Below are positions 55,314-64,000 of a stretch of DNA of 64,000 nt, piece by piece. Source of the stretch: an uncultured Candidatus Saccharibacteria bacterium. GTDB taxonomy: Bacteria; Patescibacteriota; Doudnabacteria; UBA920. A program made the translations under genes and the position numbers. Location of the stretch: NCBI GenBank assembly GCA_964532425.1, contig CAZHIA010000001.1, positions 270,846-334,845 of the forward strand. The letters are read 5' to 3'. The stretch's first letter is position 1. Each line of letters starts with the position of its first letter. Below the pieces are notes generated by a model. It saw nothing but the letters and a program-made list of their open reading frames with translations, had not been told where the DNA came from and did no database searches.

Positions 55314-55694
55314 ATGGAAAGGGTGCGGGTATTTTTGGTAGAAGACGACCCCTCTGTGCGGGAAGTCATAAAGGCATTTCTTTCTGAAGATGAACATGCA
55401 GTAGTATTGGAGGCGGCCACACTGGAAGATGCTTTACGGAAAATCCGTGAAGGAAATCTGGAGACCGCAAATATCACGGTGGCAATCGTCGACGGATATT
55501 TGCCGAAAAGCTCGGAAGACAGGAAAGAGGTGTGGGGTGGACCGGATGTCGCTCAGGCCATTCGAGCCAGCCATATGGGTGTGAAAATCATCTCCTTTAG
55601 CTCAAGACCCGAAGAATATTGCCGCTATGGCGATATTCACCTCAGCAAGGACTGCGGTGCGGGTAAACTGCTAGAAACGATGGCCTCGATTTGA
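55314..55694 (+). CDS. single-domain response regulator (CheY-like receiver)
   Basis: VRVFLVEDDPSVREVIK (acidic pocket), the phospho-acceptor Asp context AIVDGYLP, and a conserved Ser/Lys later. No output domain. Confidence 0.55.
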   Translation: MERVRVFLVEDDPSVREVIKAFLSEDEHAVVLEAATLEDALRKIREGNLETANITVAIVDGYLPKSSEDRKEVWGGPDVAQAIRASHMGVKIISFSSRPEEYCRYGDIHLSKDCGAGKLLETMASI

Positions 55695-55716
55695 AGATTG
55701 GCTTATATGCCTTAGC

Positions 55717-55746
55717 GCGGAACATTCGTGTTCCGCGTTTTCATTT
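55717..55746 (+). terminator. rho-independent terminator
   Basis: GCGGAACA-ttcg-TGTTCCGC followed by GTTTTCATTT. Confidence 0.6.
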
Positions 55747-55814
55747 GTTTGAAAGGGATTTAAAAATTTGTCACCAAAGAAAAAATGGCACCGCGAGGCG
55801 GTGCCATTTGGAGG

Positions 55815-56333
55815 TTACTTGAGCGATTCGGGCAGAATGCTCTTGATCCGTTCCTTCAGGAACGAACTGATAAAACTTTCAAGCTTGATGAGCGCATCGG
55901 CGAAATCATCGAATACGATCTCGGCTATCACCGCAGGATTGCCGCGGATAAGCCGACTGATGAGCCTTTGTTCCAGACGGTTCCGCTGATGAAGAAGAAC
56001 AACAGGCTTGGCGGCGTGGTTCGCTATCTCGATCTCTTCACCGACACCGAACGAAGGATTATCGGTTACGGCAATGACAAGCTCCGCTGAGGTCACCGCG
56101 GTTCGGTCGATAAGATCGACCTGCGCCGGGGTGACGTGCTTATGCCGTACGGGATCAGTGTTGAGATGGGGTACGTACGCTATAAGTTCCAGGCTTTCGA
56201 CCAAACGGCCGATCGCTTCGTAGAACTCAAGGTACCGAGGGCGAATATCCGCCGGGACGTCGCTGAGCGCGCCGGAAATGTAAACAAGTTTGTTCATGAC
56301 GATCTCCTTTAGAGGAAAAGGAGGATTCGCCAC
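55815..56333 (-). CDS. nucleoside 2-deoxyribosyltransferase-like (Rossmann) family protein; probable start at 56297 (MNKLVYISG)
   Basis: Architecture VYISGA ... SAELVIAVTDNPSFGVGEEIEIANHAAKPVVLL matches the NDT-like D..G..fE.G.A.a.gKPv pattern. Confidence 0.4.
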   Translation of the reverse strand: MANPPFPLKEIVMNKLVYISGALSDVPADIRPRYLEFYEAIGRLVESLELIAYVPHLNTDPVRHKHVTPAQVDLIDRTAVTSAELVIAVTDNPSFGVGEEIEIANHAAKPVVLLHQRNRLEQRLISRLIRGNPAVIAEIVFDDFADALIKLESFISSFLKERIKSILPESLK

Positions 56334-56417
56334 ATTAGGGAAGGCCCAAAAAGGGCCGCATTAAGGACAGCTACTCCTCGGGTTAGTGGTTTGCAAACAT
56401 CGGTGAGAATGTCCGCA

Positions 56418-56870
56418 TTATGCTGTACAAGACAAGAAAATATACTGGCCCGGCGATCCCGTGCTTTCCAGAAGGCTGATGATATGGCCTTCGTCATCCG
56501 GGTCTGGTGGTGAGCTCGTGACGCGCAGCCTCCAGCATGGAGCTGTTTGGGACTGGTCAGAGGTGCACTGTAATTTCCAATACCTCACACCTCGCTTGTC
56601 ACACTCTTCACTGAGTTCCGCGGCAAATCCATCGTACGCAGTGCGCGAACTGAAACCCATGCGCACCCAGGGAATGAGTGTCCCGATTCCGTTGCCAAAC
56701 AGAAGGTATTCCTTGGACCGCAAGATGCTGCCGTCTTTGGGTTGTGCTCCACAGGCTTTGAGTGCGAGCGCATTACTGTCAAGCGGCTGCATGTTGTAGG
56801 GATAGAGCTGGTCAAAAAAACTATAAGGTACAAATGCCCGAATACGTCTCATAGTCCTCCTTTGTTGCAT
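56418..56870 (-). CDS. hypothetical protein (150 aa)
   Basis: ORF with no recognised motifs. An alternative start exists at MRRIRAF. Confidence 0.35.
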   Translation of the reverse strand: MQQRRTMRRIRAFVPYSFFDQLYPYNMQPLDSNALALKACGAQPKDGSILRSKEYLLFGNGIGTLIPWVRMGFSSRTAYDGFAAELSEECDKRGVRYWKLQCTSDQSQTAPCWRLRVTSSPPDPDDEGHIISLLESTGSPGQYIFLSCTA

Positions 56871-56940
56871 CTTTACCCGTCCAGTAATATGGACAGTAAG
56901 GACTTCTTAGTATACCAAAAGTATAGAAAATGTCCAGAAT

Positions 56941-56976
56941 CGAAAAACTTCGACACTATTCAGTGTCGAAGTTTTT
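56941..56976. terminator. bidirectional terminator hairpin (perfect 15 bp stem) at the 3' end of the minus-strand glycosyltransferase operon
   Basis: AAAAACTTCGACACT-attc-AGTGTCGAAGTTTTTT. Confidence 0.7.
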
Positions 56977-57005
56977 TCTCTTTTTAGGTACGCGTCCATT
57001 TAAAC

Positions 57006-57036
57006 CTGTAGGGGCAGATCCCGACCCGTCTCTGCA
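57006..57036. repeat. REP-like element CTGTAGGGGCAGATCCCGACCCGTCTCTGCA
   Basis: Shares the CTGTAGGGG head with REP copies at 9219 and 23626. Confidence 0.45.
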
Positions 57037-57093
57037 ACTATTCGCTCTTCGTTCGGCTCTCTTCACTATTTACTTCGCACTCTTCGCTTGTGA

Positions 57094-57849
57094 TTATTTA
57101 TACCCGAACTTCTGCCATTCATTGTAGTAATAGAACAGTTCGCGGAAGGCACGGAAAATGACGTCCAGTTTGGCTCCGGTCGGTTTGCCGGCCGTGCGGG
57201 GGTAGTGGTTTACCCCTACTTCCGCGATCTTAAATCCGTTCTTTTGGGCTTTGACCAACAGCTCTGTGGAAATCATGGCCCCAGTGGTTTGGAGTCGGAA
57301 TTTTTGAAAAACTTGCCGCCGGACAATCTTGAAGCCGCAATCGATGTCGCGCACGCCATGAAGGCGGAACAAGTTGATGACCAAGGTTTTCCAAGCCCAT
57401 GAATTGAACTTGCGCAGTGTATTATCCGCGCGTTTGATGCGATACCCGATGACAAGGTCATAAGCAGGCATGAATGGCAGGAATTTTTCGATTTCCGCCA
57501 CGTCAAATTGGCCGTCACTATCGGTAAAGAATATCCACTCCATTTTTGCTGCGGCAAAGCCCGAGGCGAGCGCTGCGCCATAGCCGCGATTCGTTTCGTG
57601 CCTCACGAGACGGATTTTTGGATTATATTCTGACATTCGAGCGACAATTTCGGGTGTCCGATCCGTACTGCCGTCATCAACGATGATAATCTCATAGTCC
57701 TGGGATATTTGCCAAAGTACCGCACTCGTGCGGTCGATAACCCGGGCGATATTATCCTGCTCATTATATGCCGGGAAAAAAGCTGTGATAGTGGGGCGGT
57801 TGGTCTCAATTTCCTCTGGTCTTACTGATTCGGTGGTCTGATGTGGCAT
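57094..57849 (-). CDS. GT2 family glycosyltransferase, polyprenol-phosphate mannose/glucose synthase (Ppm/DPM1-like)
   Basis: ITAFFPAYNEQDNIARVI, IIIVDDGSTDRT, the DxD context FFTDSDGQFD. About 250 aa, typical for the Dpm1-type enzyme. Confidence 0.8.
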   Translation of the reverse strand: MPHQTTESVRPEEIETNRPTITAFFPAYNEQDNIARVIDRTSAVLWQISQDYEIIIVDDGSTDRTPEIVARMSEYNPKIRLVRHETNRGYGAALASGFAAAKMEWIFFTDSDGQFDVAEIEKFLPFMPAYDLVIGYRIKRADNTLRKFNSWAWKTLVINLFRLHGVRDIDCGFKIVRRQVFQKFRLQTTGAMISTELLVKAQKNGFKIAEVGVNHYPRTAGKPTGAKLDVIFRAFRELFYYYNEWQKFGYK

Positions 57850-57900
57850 ACCGCTCCTTTCGTGATTAATTACTCATTGTTTTATGGGTGTTCCCGTTAG

Positions 57901-57929
57901 GTAGGGGCGGGTTTGAAACCCGTCCCTAC
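57901..57929. repeat. REP-like hairpin GTAGGGGCGGGTTTGAAACCCGTCCCTAC
   Basis: Same family as 9219 and the RAYT-associated REPs. Confidence 0.6.
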
Positions 57930-57968
57930 GGATATGTTTATTCTGTGGTGCATGGTTATGGTTGATTG

Positions 57969-59528
57969 TCATTGATACCGCAATTTGTATACGTACAAGT
58001 CCATTCCGGGCGAGAAATTTTTAGCTTCCAGCCGCTGGTAGTGAGTATCAAAGTAATTTTTAACTTCTTGTTGGTATCCCTGATCGTACGACAGTAGCAG
58101 ATAGATATTCTGGTGTCCGGCAGTTACTTGAGCAACTTCTGACGGGAACGTTTCCGGTACATATGGCGGTATGCCTCCGACGACAAAGCGATTCCATATG
58201 GGTAGCGTGTTCACCGCGGCCGAACCGGTGTAATAATATTCGAACGGGTAGACAGTAAATGGAGCAGAGAGCGCTACGACATCTTGCGGGGTAGCTTCCG
58301 ACGCGATGTATGCCGCCGCATCACGATAATCTTCCTTGACCGGTGTGCTGGCACTGGCAATCTGGGTGGCGAGGGTTGCTCCCATAACGCTGACCAATAC
58401 GATCCTCATTACATACGCCAGGGGTTTTGGGTAAATAGAAAAGAACCAAGCTATAAATATATAGAGTGCAGGGGTGGCGAGGATGAGATACCTCGAAAGG
58501 AAAATCGGCCTGAAGGAGACGCTGACTAAAAATGCTGCTGTCACGGGGAAAATGGCGGCAATGAACAGATATATCGCCGGCAGGTTCAAGGCTTTGACCT
58601 TTCTGAGGGATAGGAAACCGAACAGTACCGCGAGCGGCCAAAGCGATAGAATGATGGTATTTAAGTGGTCGTTTTGGAAGCCGAATAGGTACTCGGAATA
58701 GGCGCTGAATAAGTTGACTGTAGTAGGTTTGAACAGCAGAGGCTGTTCGGTACTGGCAAAACCCAAATGTTTAACATAGTACAGCCAGGGAGCTATGGCT
58801 GCGATGAGAATTAATCCTACGACCACGAACCGTTGCAAGGAATTGATGGGAAAGTGTTTCCTATACAGGAGGAAAAAGAGTCCCTGGCCTCCCAGGACAA
58901 ACCAGAAAAAATAGTGGGAGTAAATGCCAAGGAGCGACGAGATGCAGAATCCAACCCAGTACCACGAGAGTGTTTCGGACCGAGCCGGGCCCCGAAAGTT
59001 CAGGATTTTCAAAAAGAACAGTTGACTCAATATCGTGCATAGCACCATAAGACTGTACATTCGTATCTCATTGGCATACCAATTCATGAATGGGGAAATG
59101 GTGAGCAAGAGGGTGGCAAAAATTGCGGTGCCGCGAGAAAAGGAAGTTCGCGCCAGGAGGTACATGGCTGGGATAGAAAGCAAAAAGAATATAAGGGAAA
59201 AGGCTCGGATCGTATCTACAGAATTACCGAGCCAAAGGATCCAGAAATGCAGCGCAAAACCATACAGCGGAAGATGGACATCCTGGCCGATCGTATGCAG
59301 GAACCCTCTCGGGTTATGGCTGCTCTGCCAGATACTTTGAGCTTCGTCGAGCCTGAGACTCTGTCCGAAAAGAAAGAAATGGGAAATAGCGAACGCAGCC
59401 AGCATGCACAAGACGATAAATCCGACTGTTGCGGCCGTGCGGAGTGCCTGCGACCCGTTGCGTGCCGAAAGCTCCTCTTTTTGGATAGCGGGATACCGGG
59501 GATTGATTTCTACGGTAGTGGTAGTCAT
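57969..59528 (-). CDS. GT-C fold membrane glycosyltransferase (ArnT/PMT, GT39/GT83-like)
   Basis: At least 10 TM helices. An acidic DE motif (RLDEAQSIW) sits in the first extracytoplasmic loop, as in ArnT/Pmt enzymes. Large C-terminal soluble domain. Confidence 0.55.
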   Translation of the reverse strand: MTTTTVEINPRYPAIQKEELSARNGSQALRTAATVGFIVLCMLAAFAISHFFLFGQSLRLDEAQSIWQSSHNPRGFLHTIGQDVHLPLYGFALHFWILWLGNSVDTIRAFSLIFFLLSIPAMYLLARTSFSRGTAIFATLLLTISPFMNWYANEIRMYSLMVLCTILSQLFFLKILNFRGPARSETLSWYWVGFCISSLLGIYSHYFFWFVLGGQGLFFLLYRKHFPINSLQRFVVVGLILIAAIAPWLYYVKHLGFASTEQPLLFKPTTVNLFSAYSEYLFGFQNDHLNTIILSLWPLAVLFGFLSLRKVKALNLPAIYLFIAAIFPVTAAFLVSVSFRPIFLSRYLILATPALYIFIAWFFSIYPKPLAYVMRIVLVSVMGATLATQIASASTPVKEDYRDAAAYIASEATPQDVVALSAPFTVYPFEYYYTGSAAVNTLPIWNRFVVGGIPPYVPETFPSEVAQVTAGHQNIYLLLSYDQGYQQEVKNYFDTHYQRLEAKNFSPGMDLYVYKLRYQ

Positions 59529-59594
59529 GGTTCTGATCCAGTTAAGATCTTAGTTCGATAGGAGATTATTTCTTTTGCTGCGGTGCGTGCTGGT

Positions 59595-61244
59595 TCACTC
59601 AATTCGGCGGGTGATTGGACGGGATATGCGGAGGTTTCGGTTGTACAGTGCCGGTCGGCTTGTGGAAAAACCCGGAGCGCGGCCTATCGGGTTTCCTGCG
59701 GCGGATAGTGCGGGTTTGGACTGGTAGGTGATTTGTGCTTCGCTGAGCTCTGACTCGGAAGGGAGGGCTGCAAATATGAATGGGACAAACGCTGCCGCGT
59801 TGAACATGGCCCAGCTTAGATTTGTGATTACTGCGGCGCTCGCACCCTCGCGGACAATGGCAACGAAGACGCCGGACAGAATCAGTCCGAAATAGAGCAG
59901 GTGGGGAATGACGAGTTTGATGTAATTCCCGGACTGTCGCTTTTTAGCCGTCACGGAAAAACCGCTCTTCTGATTGGTCAAGACCGCCCAAAGTGCCTGC
60001 AGATGGATCGTAAATGATCCCATGGAGAATGCGAGCGCCCGGAAGGTGTACGCATCGTTGCTTGATAGCCGCAAAATGATCACGTTCAGAAAGATATATG
60101 GCATAAAAATCGCTGCCACCGCCATGGTCGAGTTCTGGACTGGCACCAGCCCGGTAAAAAAGAAAATGATCGGGAGCAGTGCGTTCATCAGGACGATTGC
60201 ACCGGAAAAGTAGTAACTTGCCGAAGCGAGATATTGTACTTTTTGTCTGAATGACAAACCTTTCCGAAAGAGAGGGTTGAAGCGGAACATGACCTCTAGG
60301 CTGCCCCTGGCCCAGCGGAATTGCTGCTTGTAGTAAGACTGAAAATCCTCTGGTGCTAAACCCTCAGCCAGCACATCCGGCACGTAGACGGATTTCCAGC
60401 CTTGCTCATGAATGAACAAGGAGGTGAGAAAATCTTCTGCAATATTAAATTCGCACATGCCGCCGACTCCAAGCATGGCGCTGCGGCGCATGACCATGTT
60501 CGTTCCGCACATGAATGTGCTATTGAGCCGGTTTTTCCCTTTGCAGATGGGGCCAAAGAATAACTCCTGTTGTTCCCAGGCGCCCTGGGTAATCTCATTT
60601 AACTCATAATTTTTGTAGTATTGCGGAGACTGGACAAATCCGACCGCTGAGTCTGCAAAGTACCCTACCGTCTTTTCCAGAAAGTCGGGATGAGGTACCT
60701 GGTCGGCATCAAAAATCGCGACGAGCGGGCTGCTCGTCTGACGTAATCCGTTGTTGAAATTTCCAGCTTTGGCGCCTCCCGCAACCGTGCGGGTTATGCA
60801 GGTAATGCCGAGTCTTTGTGCCAGTTCCTCTATGTCTTTCCAATTTGGTTTCTTGGCGACGTAGCCGTCATTGAGCAGGTAGACATGGAAATCCGGGTAT
60901 TGCATTGCAAGGGCGGCTCTGGCCGTCTGCTCAACGATCTCTACCGGTTCCCCGGCTGCAGTAATAAACACATCTACTGCGGGCCGGTGGGTCTGGTCGA
61001 AGCGGGCCGAATACTCCATATCCCAAACCGTATAGAGATAGGTGAATACAAGCCAGAGGTGAAATATCTCGCCGGCTACAAGGAGCCAGAATAGAACCGG
61101 GTTGCCCGGCGTGAATCGGAGTAGGAGCAGTCCAAAGTACAGGAACGCAAAAAGCCCGGTCAGTGCCAACAGGATGCGATTGCGTCGCGCATCTAAAAAT
61201 TCGGTTGAAGGGAGGAATAATATCCTTTTGGCTTGGGTATCCAT
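59595..61244 (-). CDS. processive GT2 beta-glycosyltransferase, cellulose-synthase-like (BcsA/CesA/NodC-type catalytic core, no PilZ domain)
   Basis: Motifs in order: LNDG (DDG-like), AIFDADQVP (DxD), NIAEDF (TED-like), QQFRWARG (QxxRW). 2 N-terminal and 4-5 C-terminal TM helices. Confidence 0.7.
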   Translation of the reverse strand: MDTQAKRILFLPSTEFLDARRNRILLALTGLFAFLYFGLLLLRFTPGNPVLFWLLVAGEIFHLWLVFTYLYTVWDMEYSARFDQTHRPAVDVFITAAGEPVEIVEQTARAALAMQYPDFHVYLLNDGYVAKKPNWKDIEELAQRLGITCITRTVAGGAKAGNFNNGLRQTSSPLVAIFDADQVPHPDFLEKTVGYFADSAVGFVQSPQYYKNYELNEITQGAWEQQELFFGPICKGKNRLNSTFMCGTNMVMRRSAMLGVGGMCEFNIAEDFLTSLFIHEQGWKSVYVPDVLAEGLAPEDFQSYYKQQFRWARGSLEVMFRFNPLFRKGLSFRQKVQYLASASYYFSGAIVLMNALLPIIFFFTGLVPVQNSTMAVAAIFMPYIFLNVIILRLSSNDAYTFRALAFSMGSFTIHLQALWAVLTNQKSGFSVTAKKRQSGNYIKLVIPHLLYFGLILSGVFVAIVREGASAAVITNLSWAMFNAAAFVPFIFAALPSESELSEAQITYQSKPALSAAGNPIGRAPGFSTSRPALYNRNLRISRPITRRIE

Positions 61245-61415
61245 GGGAGGTGAAATAATTAACTAGTGGGGTAGGGGGTAGAGTAGCACGCACCAGGATC
61301 AATTATATATAGCATATGAGCATGGGAGGCGAGGCGGCAGGCAAAATTTTTTGTTTTCCGCCTTGCCTTCGTAAGAATATTTTTAAGCGGACTTTTTAAG
61401 TATCAATCCTAATCC

Positions 61416-62645
61416 TTAGTGAGCAGAATCGGCTGTAGTGGTCGTGGCAGGATAGAGGTTGGCGAGTAGGTTATTATAGAGGGCCAATCCGAACCATGAC
61501 CAGTTATCGTCGTAGTAACTCATCTCGGTTCCCCATGATTGGCTGTCGGGATTGTAGAGCGTTAGGAGTTTTTGCTGGTAGATATTTTTAGCCTGCGCAG
61601 GGTTTTCCGTGACAAAATAACCGAGACTGCCTCCGTACATGGCCGGGGTTTCCAGCGTGGAGAGTTGTTGGCCGTCATGCGCATATGCGGTGTAGAGCAC
61701 ATGGTCATTCTGCCAACTCGAGCCCAGCGCGGAGAATTTTTCCAGTATGCTCTTGTCTCTCGGATCCTTATACCACTCATAATCCAAGGCAAGCCGCCAG
61801 GGGGTACGCAGGGCATCGTAACTGTAGTTGGTTGTCAGTGTGCTGGAAGCGGTTGGCACCGCTGTGAGTTCTCCCGTTGTTTTATTGATTGCTACCCAGT
61901 CTGGAGGCAGCCCGGCAGCTGACTGCTTGTCCAACTTTTGTACTGTCGACTGCTCAAGAACCGTATAGGAGGTATCCACTACCTTTTGCCAGTCATGTTG
62001 GGGATCTATCTGGGCAAAGATGCGGTAGGAATAGGGGGAATAGTAGGATGGATTCAAAACCGCTACCGACGAAGCCGGGCCACCTTCGACATTATCTGCA
62101 ACCAAATACGGCTCGCCTTGTATCGGTATTACCTCGCGGGCCCATATATCGCCGATAATTTGTTTCGCCTGGTCCAAATATCGCGGATCTTGCCATCGCT
62201 GTGAGGCGAAGACAAGCGCCAAGGCGATATCAGTATCGGCGTCGGCTGCCGAATTTTGGCCTCCTTGCTGGCTCAAGACACCCACCGAACCGTCCGGGCG
62301 CTTACCGTACAGCCAGGAAAACAGATGGTCGTTTTGATGCTTCAAGTTGGACTGTGTCCATTCCCATGTCTTGTCAAATGTGGTTTTATCGTCTATCCAA
62401 ACGGCACGGAGCATCGTATAACTTTGCCCTTCAGAAGTAGTGATGTCGTTGCGTTGCCGGTCGAGCGTGCGGCCGGTCGAGGAATCCCAATAGACTTGTT
62501 TATAGGTATTCCACAAGGCGCTGACCATGCCTTGGGGAGAATAGACCAGCGGTTGTTGCCGCCTCTGATTGTTGTGGTAAAGTACGGCGGTAAAAATTAC
62601 GGCCCCAAGAAGTATGAGGAATAAACCGATTAACTTATATTTCAT
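61416..62645 (-). CDS. glycoside hydrolase family 8 (endoglucanase, BcsZ-like)
   Basis: N-terminal membrane anchor. GH8 signature region SEGQSYTMLRAV ... ADADTDIALALVFASQRW. Confidence 0.8.
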   Translation of the reverse strand: MKYKLIGLFLILLGAVIFTAVLYHNNQRRQQPLVYSPQGMVSALWNTYKQVYWDSSTGRTLDRQRNDITTSEGQSYTMLRAVWIDDKTTFDKTWEWTQSNLKHQNDHLFSWLYGKRPDGSVGVLSQQGGQNSAADADTDIALALVFASQRWQDPRYLDQAKQIIGDIWAREVIPIQGEPYLVADNVEGGPASSVAVLNPSYYSPYSYRIFAQIDPQHDWQKVVDTSYTVLEQSTVQKLDKQSAAGLPPDWVAINKTTGELTAVPTASSTLTTNYSYDALRTPWRLALDYEWYKDPRDKSILEKFSALGSSWQNDHVLYTAYAHDGQQLSTLETPAMYGGSLGYFVTENPAQAKNIYQQKLLTLYNPDSQSWGTEMSYYDDNWSWFGLALYNNLLANLYPATTTTADSAH

Positions 62646-62690
62646 AAGCCCCCTCGTGAATTCTGGAATTGATTAGAATTGATACCGCGT

Positions 62691-63356
62691 CTATTTAAAC
62701 GAAAAATGCGCGGTGCGGATTACTTGGCGCGTTCGTCTGGCTTTAGTGGCGCCCGCAAAAAGGGCGATGCCGAACAGGACGCATGCAGCTGCTGCGCCAT
62801 TCAGTATGTTGGTGGCCTTAGTGCTGAGCGGGGTGAAAGTATAAGGAGAATAGGTTAAGAGAGGTTCCCAGACATTAAGCAAGGGCACGGAGAAATCGGA
62901 GATGGCAGCCAGGGTTTCTCCGGCAGATACTGAACTGGCTCTGGGCAGTTTAAAGTTAAAAGCAAGTTCACTTGCTGCCGGTGCAGTTTTCACTGCGGTC
63001 TTTGTTCCGACTTTACGCGGGGCTGGAGTGCGTGGTGCAGTTGGTGCGGACGGCTGGGTAGTGTTGTCTGTTGCAGAGGTTGCTGGCTGGTCTTGGGGTA
63101 CCGCGGGGTCAGCCGGTTCCGGCTCCTGGCCAGGGGGCATTTGCAGACCGGAAGGCATTTGCAGACTTGGTGGGTCTTGAAGGTTGCTGTCTGTGGCAGA
63201 TTGGCGTGCCGGGTCAGAGGTGGTCGTCCCGGCTTGCTCTGTGGTTGTCGTACTGGTGTCAGCGGCACGGACTAATATGGCCGCACCGAATAACCCGGTT
63301 GCCACCAGGAGAAAGAGAGCCGCACCATAGTAAGGCAATCGGGAGGAAGTTCGCAT
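62691..63356 (-). CDS. secreted Thr/Pro-rich hypothetical protein with C-terminal TM anchor (first gene of the glycan operon)
   Basis: Signal peptide, T/P/Q-rich low-complexity region, C-terminal hydrophobic helix AAAACVLFGIALFAGA followed by a basic tail. Confidence 0.45.
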   Translation of the reverse strand: MRTSSRLPYYGAALFLLVATGLFGAAILVRAADTSTTTTEQAGTTTSDPARQSATDSNLQDPPSLQMPSGLQMPPGQEPEPADPAVPQDQPATSATDNTTQPSAPTAPRTPAPRKVGTKTAVKTAPAASELAFNFKLPRASSVSAGETLAAISDFSVPLLNVWEPLLTYSPYTFTPLSTKATNILNGAAAACVLFGIALFAGATKARRTRQVIRTAHFSFK

Positions 63357-63563
63357 AGGGAAGAAGGATAAGTGATCGTTAATGTAATTGACGGTACATA
63401 TAATTTTTCCTTACGCCTTGAGCAGCTTTTTCACCCATAGGAATAAGCAAAAGCGAAAATATTTTATGAAACACAACTGATGTTTTGTACGTATTATGAT
63501 TAACACATTTTAACCAACAACACTCAAGATACTTGACTGTAGAAATGGTTGTTTATTACAAAT

Positions 63564-63600
63564 AAAATTCCCAATAGTCGTAAAGACTATTGGGAATTTT
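63564..63600. terminator. bidirectional terminator-like hairpin AAAATTCCCAATAGTC-GTAAA-GACTATTGGGAATTTT
   Basis: Perfect 16 bp stem flanked by an A4 and a T4 run. Confidence 0.6.
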
Positions 63601-63961
63601 ATAGCCTTGTACCAGTCATCCGCCTCAGGCGGATGCCGGTACAGGGCATGAACCACTGGCCGATAGAAGCGTTCGTATTAAAGACACAGCTTTATGGCTG
63701 TGCCATGATACCCGATCCGCCAGAGGCGGAGAGTGGTTCATGGCGGAGAGGGAGGGATTTTCGTCTCGGCTCTCTGCTGAAAGCCTCGTTGTCCGGGGCA
63801 GCTGAAGGGGGAGGGATTCGGTCGCCCACGGCGGACTTTCAACTCCCTCCGGTCGTTTCAAGTCTCGCCTAGCGCGACCCCGCCGCTATTATTTGCTCGC
63901 TTGCTCGCAAATAATTTTTCCCTTCGGGAAAACCGCTCTTTTCGAATCCCCCTTCCAATAT
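63601..63961 (-). ncRNA. candidate structured non-coding RNA (roughly 360 nt, GC-rich, unknown class); strand assignment tentative
   Basis: No credible ORF. UUCG-tetraloop hairpin TTTTCCC-TTCG-GGAAAA. Long-range complementarity ATGAACCACTGG / CCAGTGGTTCAT. Several local GC hairpins. Bounded by two covarying hairpins (63564 and 63962). On the minus strand it would end at the 63600 hairpin plus a U tract. Confidence 0.25.
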
Positions 63962-63998
63962 AAAATGACCAATTGCCGTAAAGACAATTGGTCATTTT
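63962..63998. terminator. bidirectional terminator-like hairpin AAAATGACCAATTGCC-GTAAA-GACAATTGGTCATTTT
   Basis: Same architecture and loop as 63564..63600, with compensatory changes in the stem. Confidence 0.55.
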
Positions 63999-64000
63999 AT

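Noticed and set aside
63601-63961. RNase P RNA on the minus strand (GTTGAAAGTCCGCC P4-like and CAGCAGAGAGCC at E. coli-like spacing)
   Set aside because: The P4 3'-strand candidate (GGCGGATC) lies only about 125 nt downstream instead of near the 3' end. The universal J11/12-J12/13 AGGGTGAAA / GGTGCGGTAAGAGCGCACC elements are missing. Kept only as an unknown structured RNA.
63564-63998. Possible CRISPR array (two similar 37 nt palindromic repeats)
   Set aside because: Only two copies, separated by about 360 bp of structured GC-rich sequence. The repeats differ at several positions, though with compensatory changes. No regularly spaced 25-50 bp spacers and no cas1 or other cas genes are present. 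The Cas2-like domains elsewhere are fused to wHTH regulators.

Overview
The 64 kb window is a chromosomal segment from a bacterium at about 50% GC. It carries many small hypothetical membrane or secreted proteins, so it may be CPR/Patescibacteria-like or another poorly studied lineage; that lineage call is inference only. Recognisable core genes are smpB, argS, a HIT hydrolase, ileS, recO, a uvrD/pcrA-type helicase, rsmA (ksgA), radA, recG, tRNA-Arg(CCG), tRNA-Ser(UGA) and two ECF sigma factors each with an overlapping downstream membrane protein (a putative anti-sigma factor). Accessory content: (1) a roughly 14 kb type IV secretion-like locus (30980-45354) with a VirB6/TrbL-like polytopic protein, a PrgI/VirB3-like small membrane protein, a VirB4 ATPase fused to a roughly 530 aa Pro/Ala/Glu-rich N-terminus, and a VirB1-like lytic transglycosylase. 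(2) A minus-strand glycan operon (57094-63356) with a Ppm-like GT2, a Pmt/ArnT-like GT-C, a BcsA-like processive GT2 (QxxRW) and a GH8 glycosidase, plus a separate secreted GH6 cellulase. (3) Two paralogous winged-HTH + Cas2-like (PaaX_C-type) proteins, each flanked by its own family of long perfect palindromes, with no CRISPR array in the window. (4) An IS200-like REP-associated tyrosine transposase (RAYT) with its REP palindrome family, seven copies in the window and one nested in-frame inside the RAYT gene. (5) A roughly 120 bp MITE-like element present twice, immediately after the stop codons of ileS and uvrD. (6) A four-helix-bundle (23S rRNA intervening-sequence type) gene flanked by AT-rich inverted repeats. 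(7) A roughly 360 nt GC-rich, highly structured non-coding segment at the window end, flanked by two covarying terminator-like hairpins. Everything here comes from reading the sequence and the ORF translations; no database searches were run.
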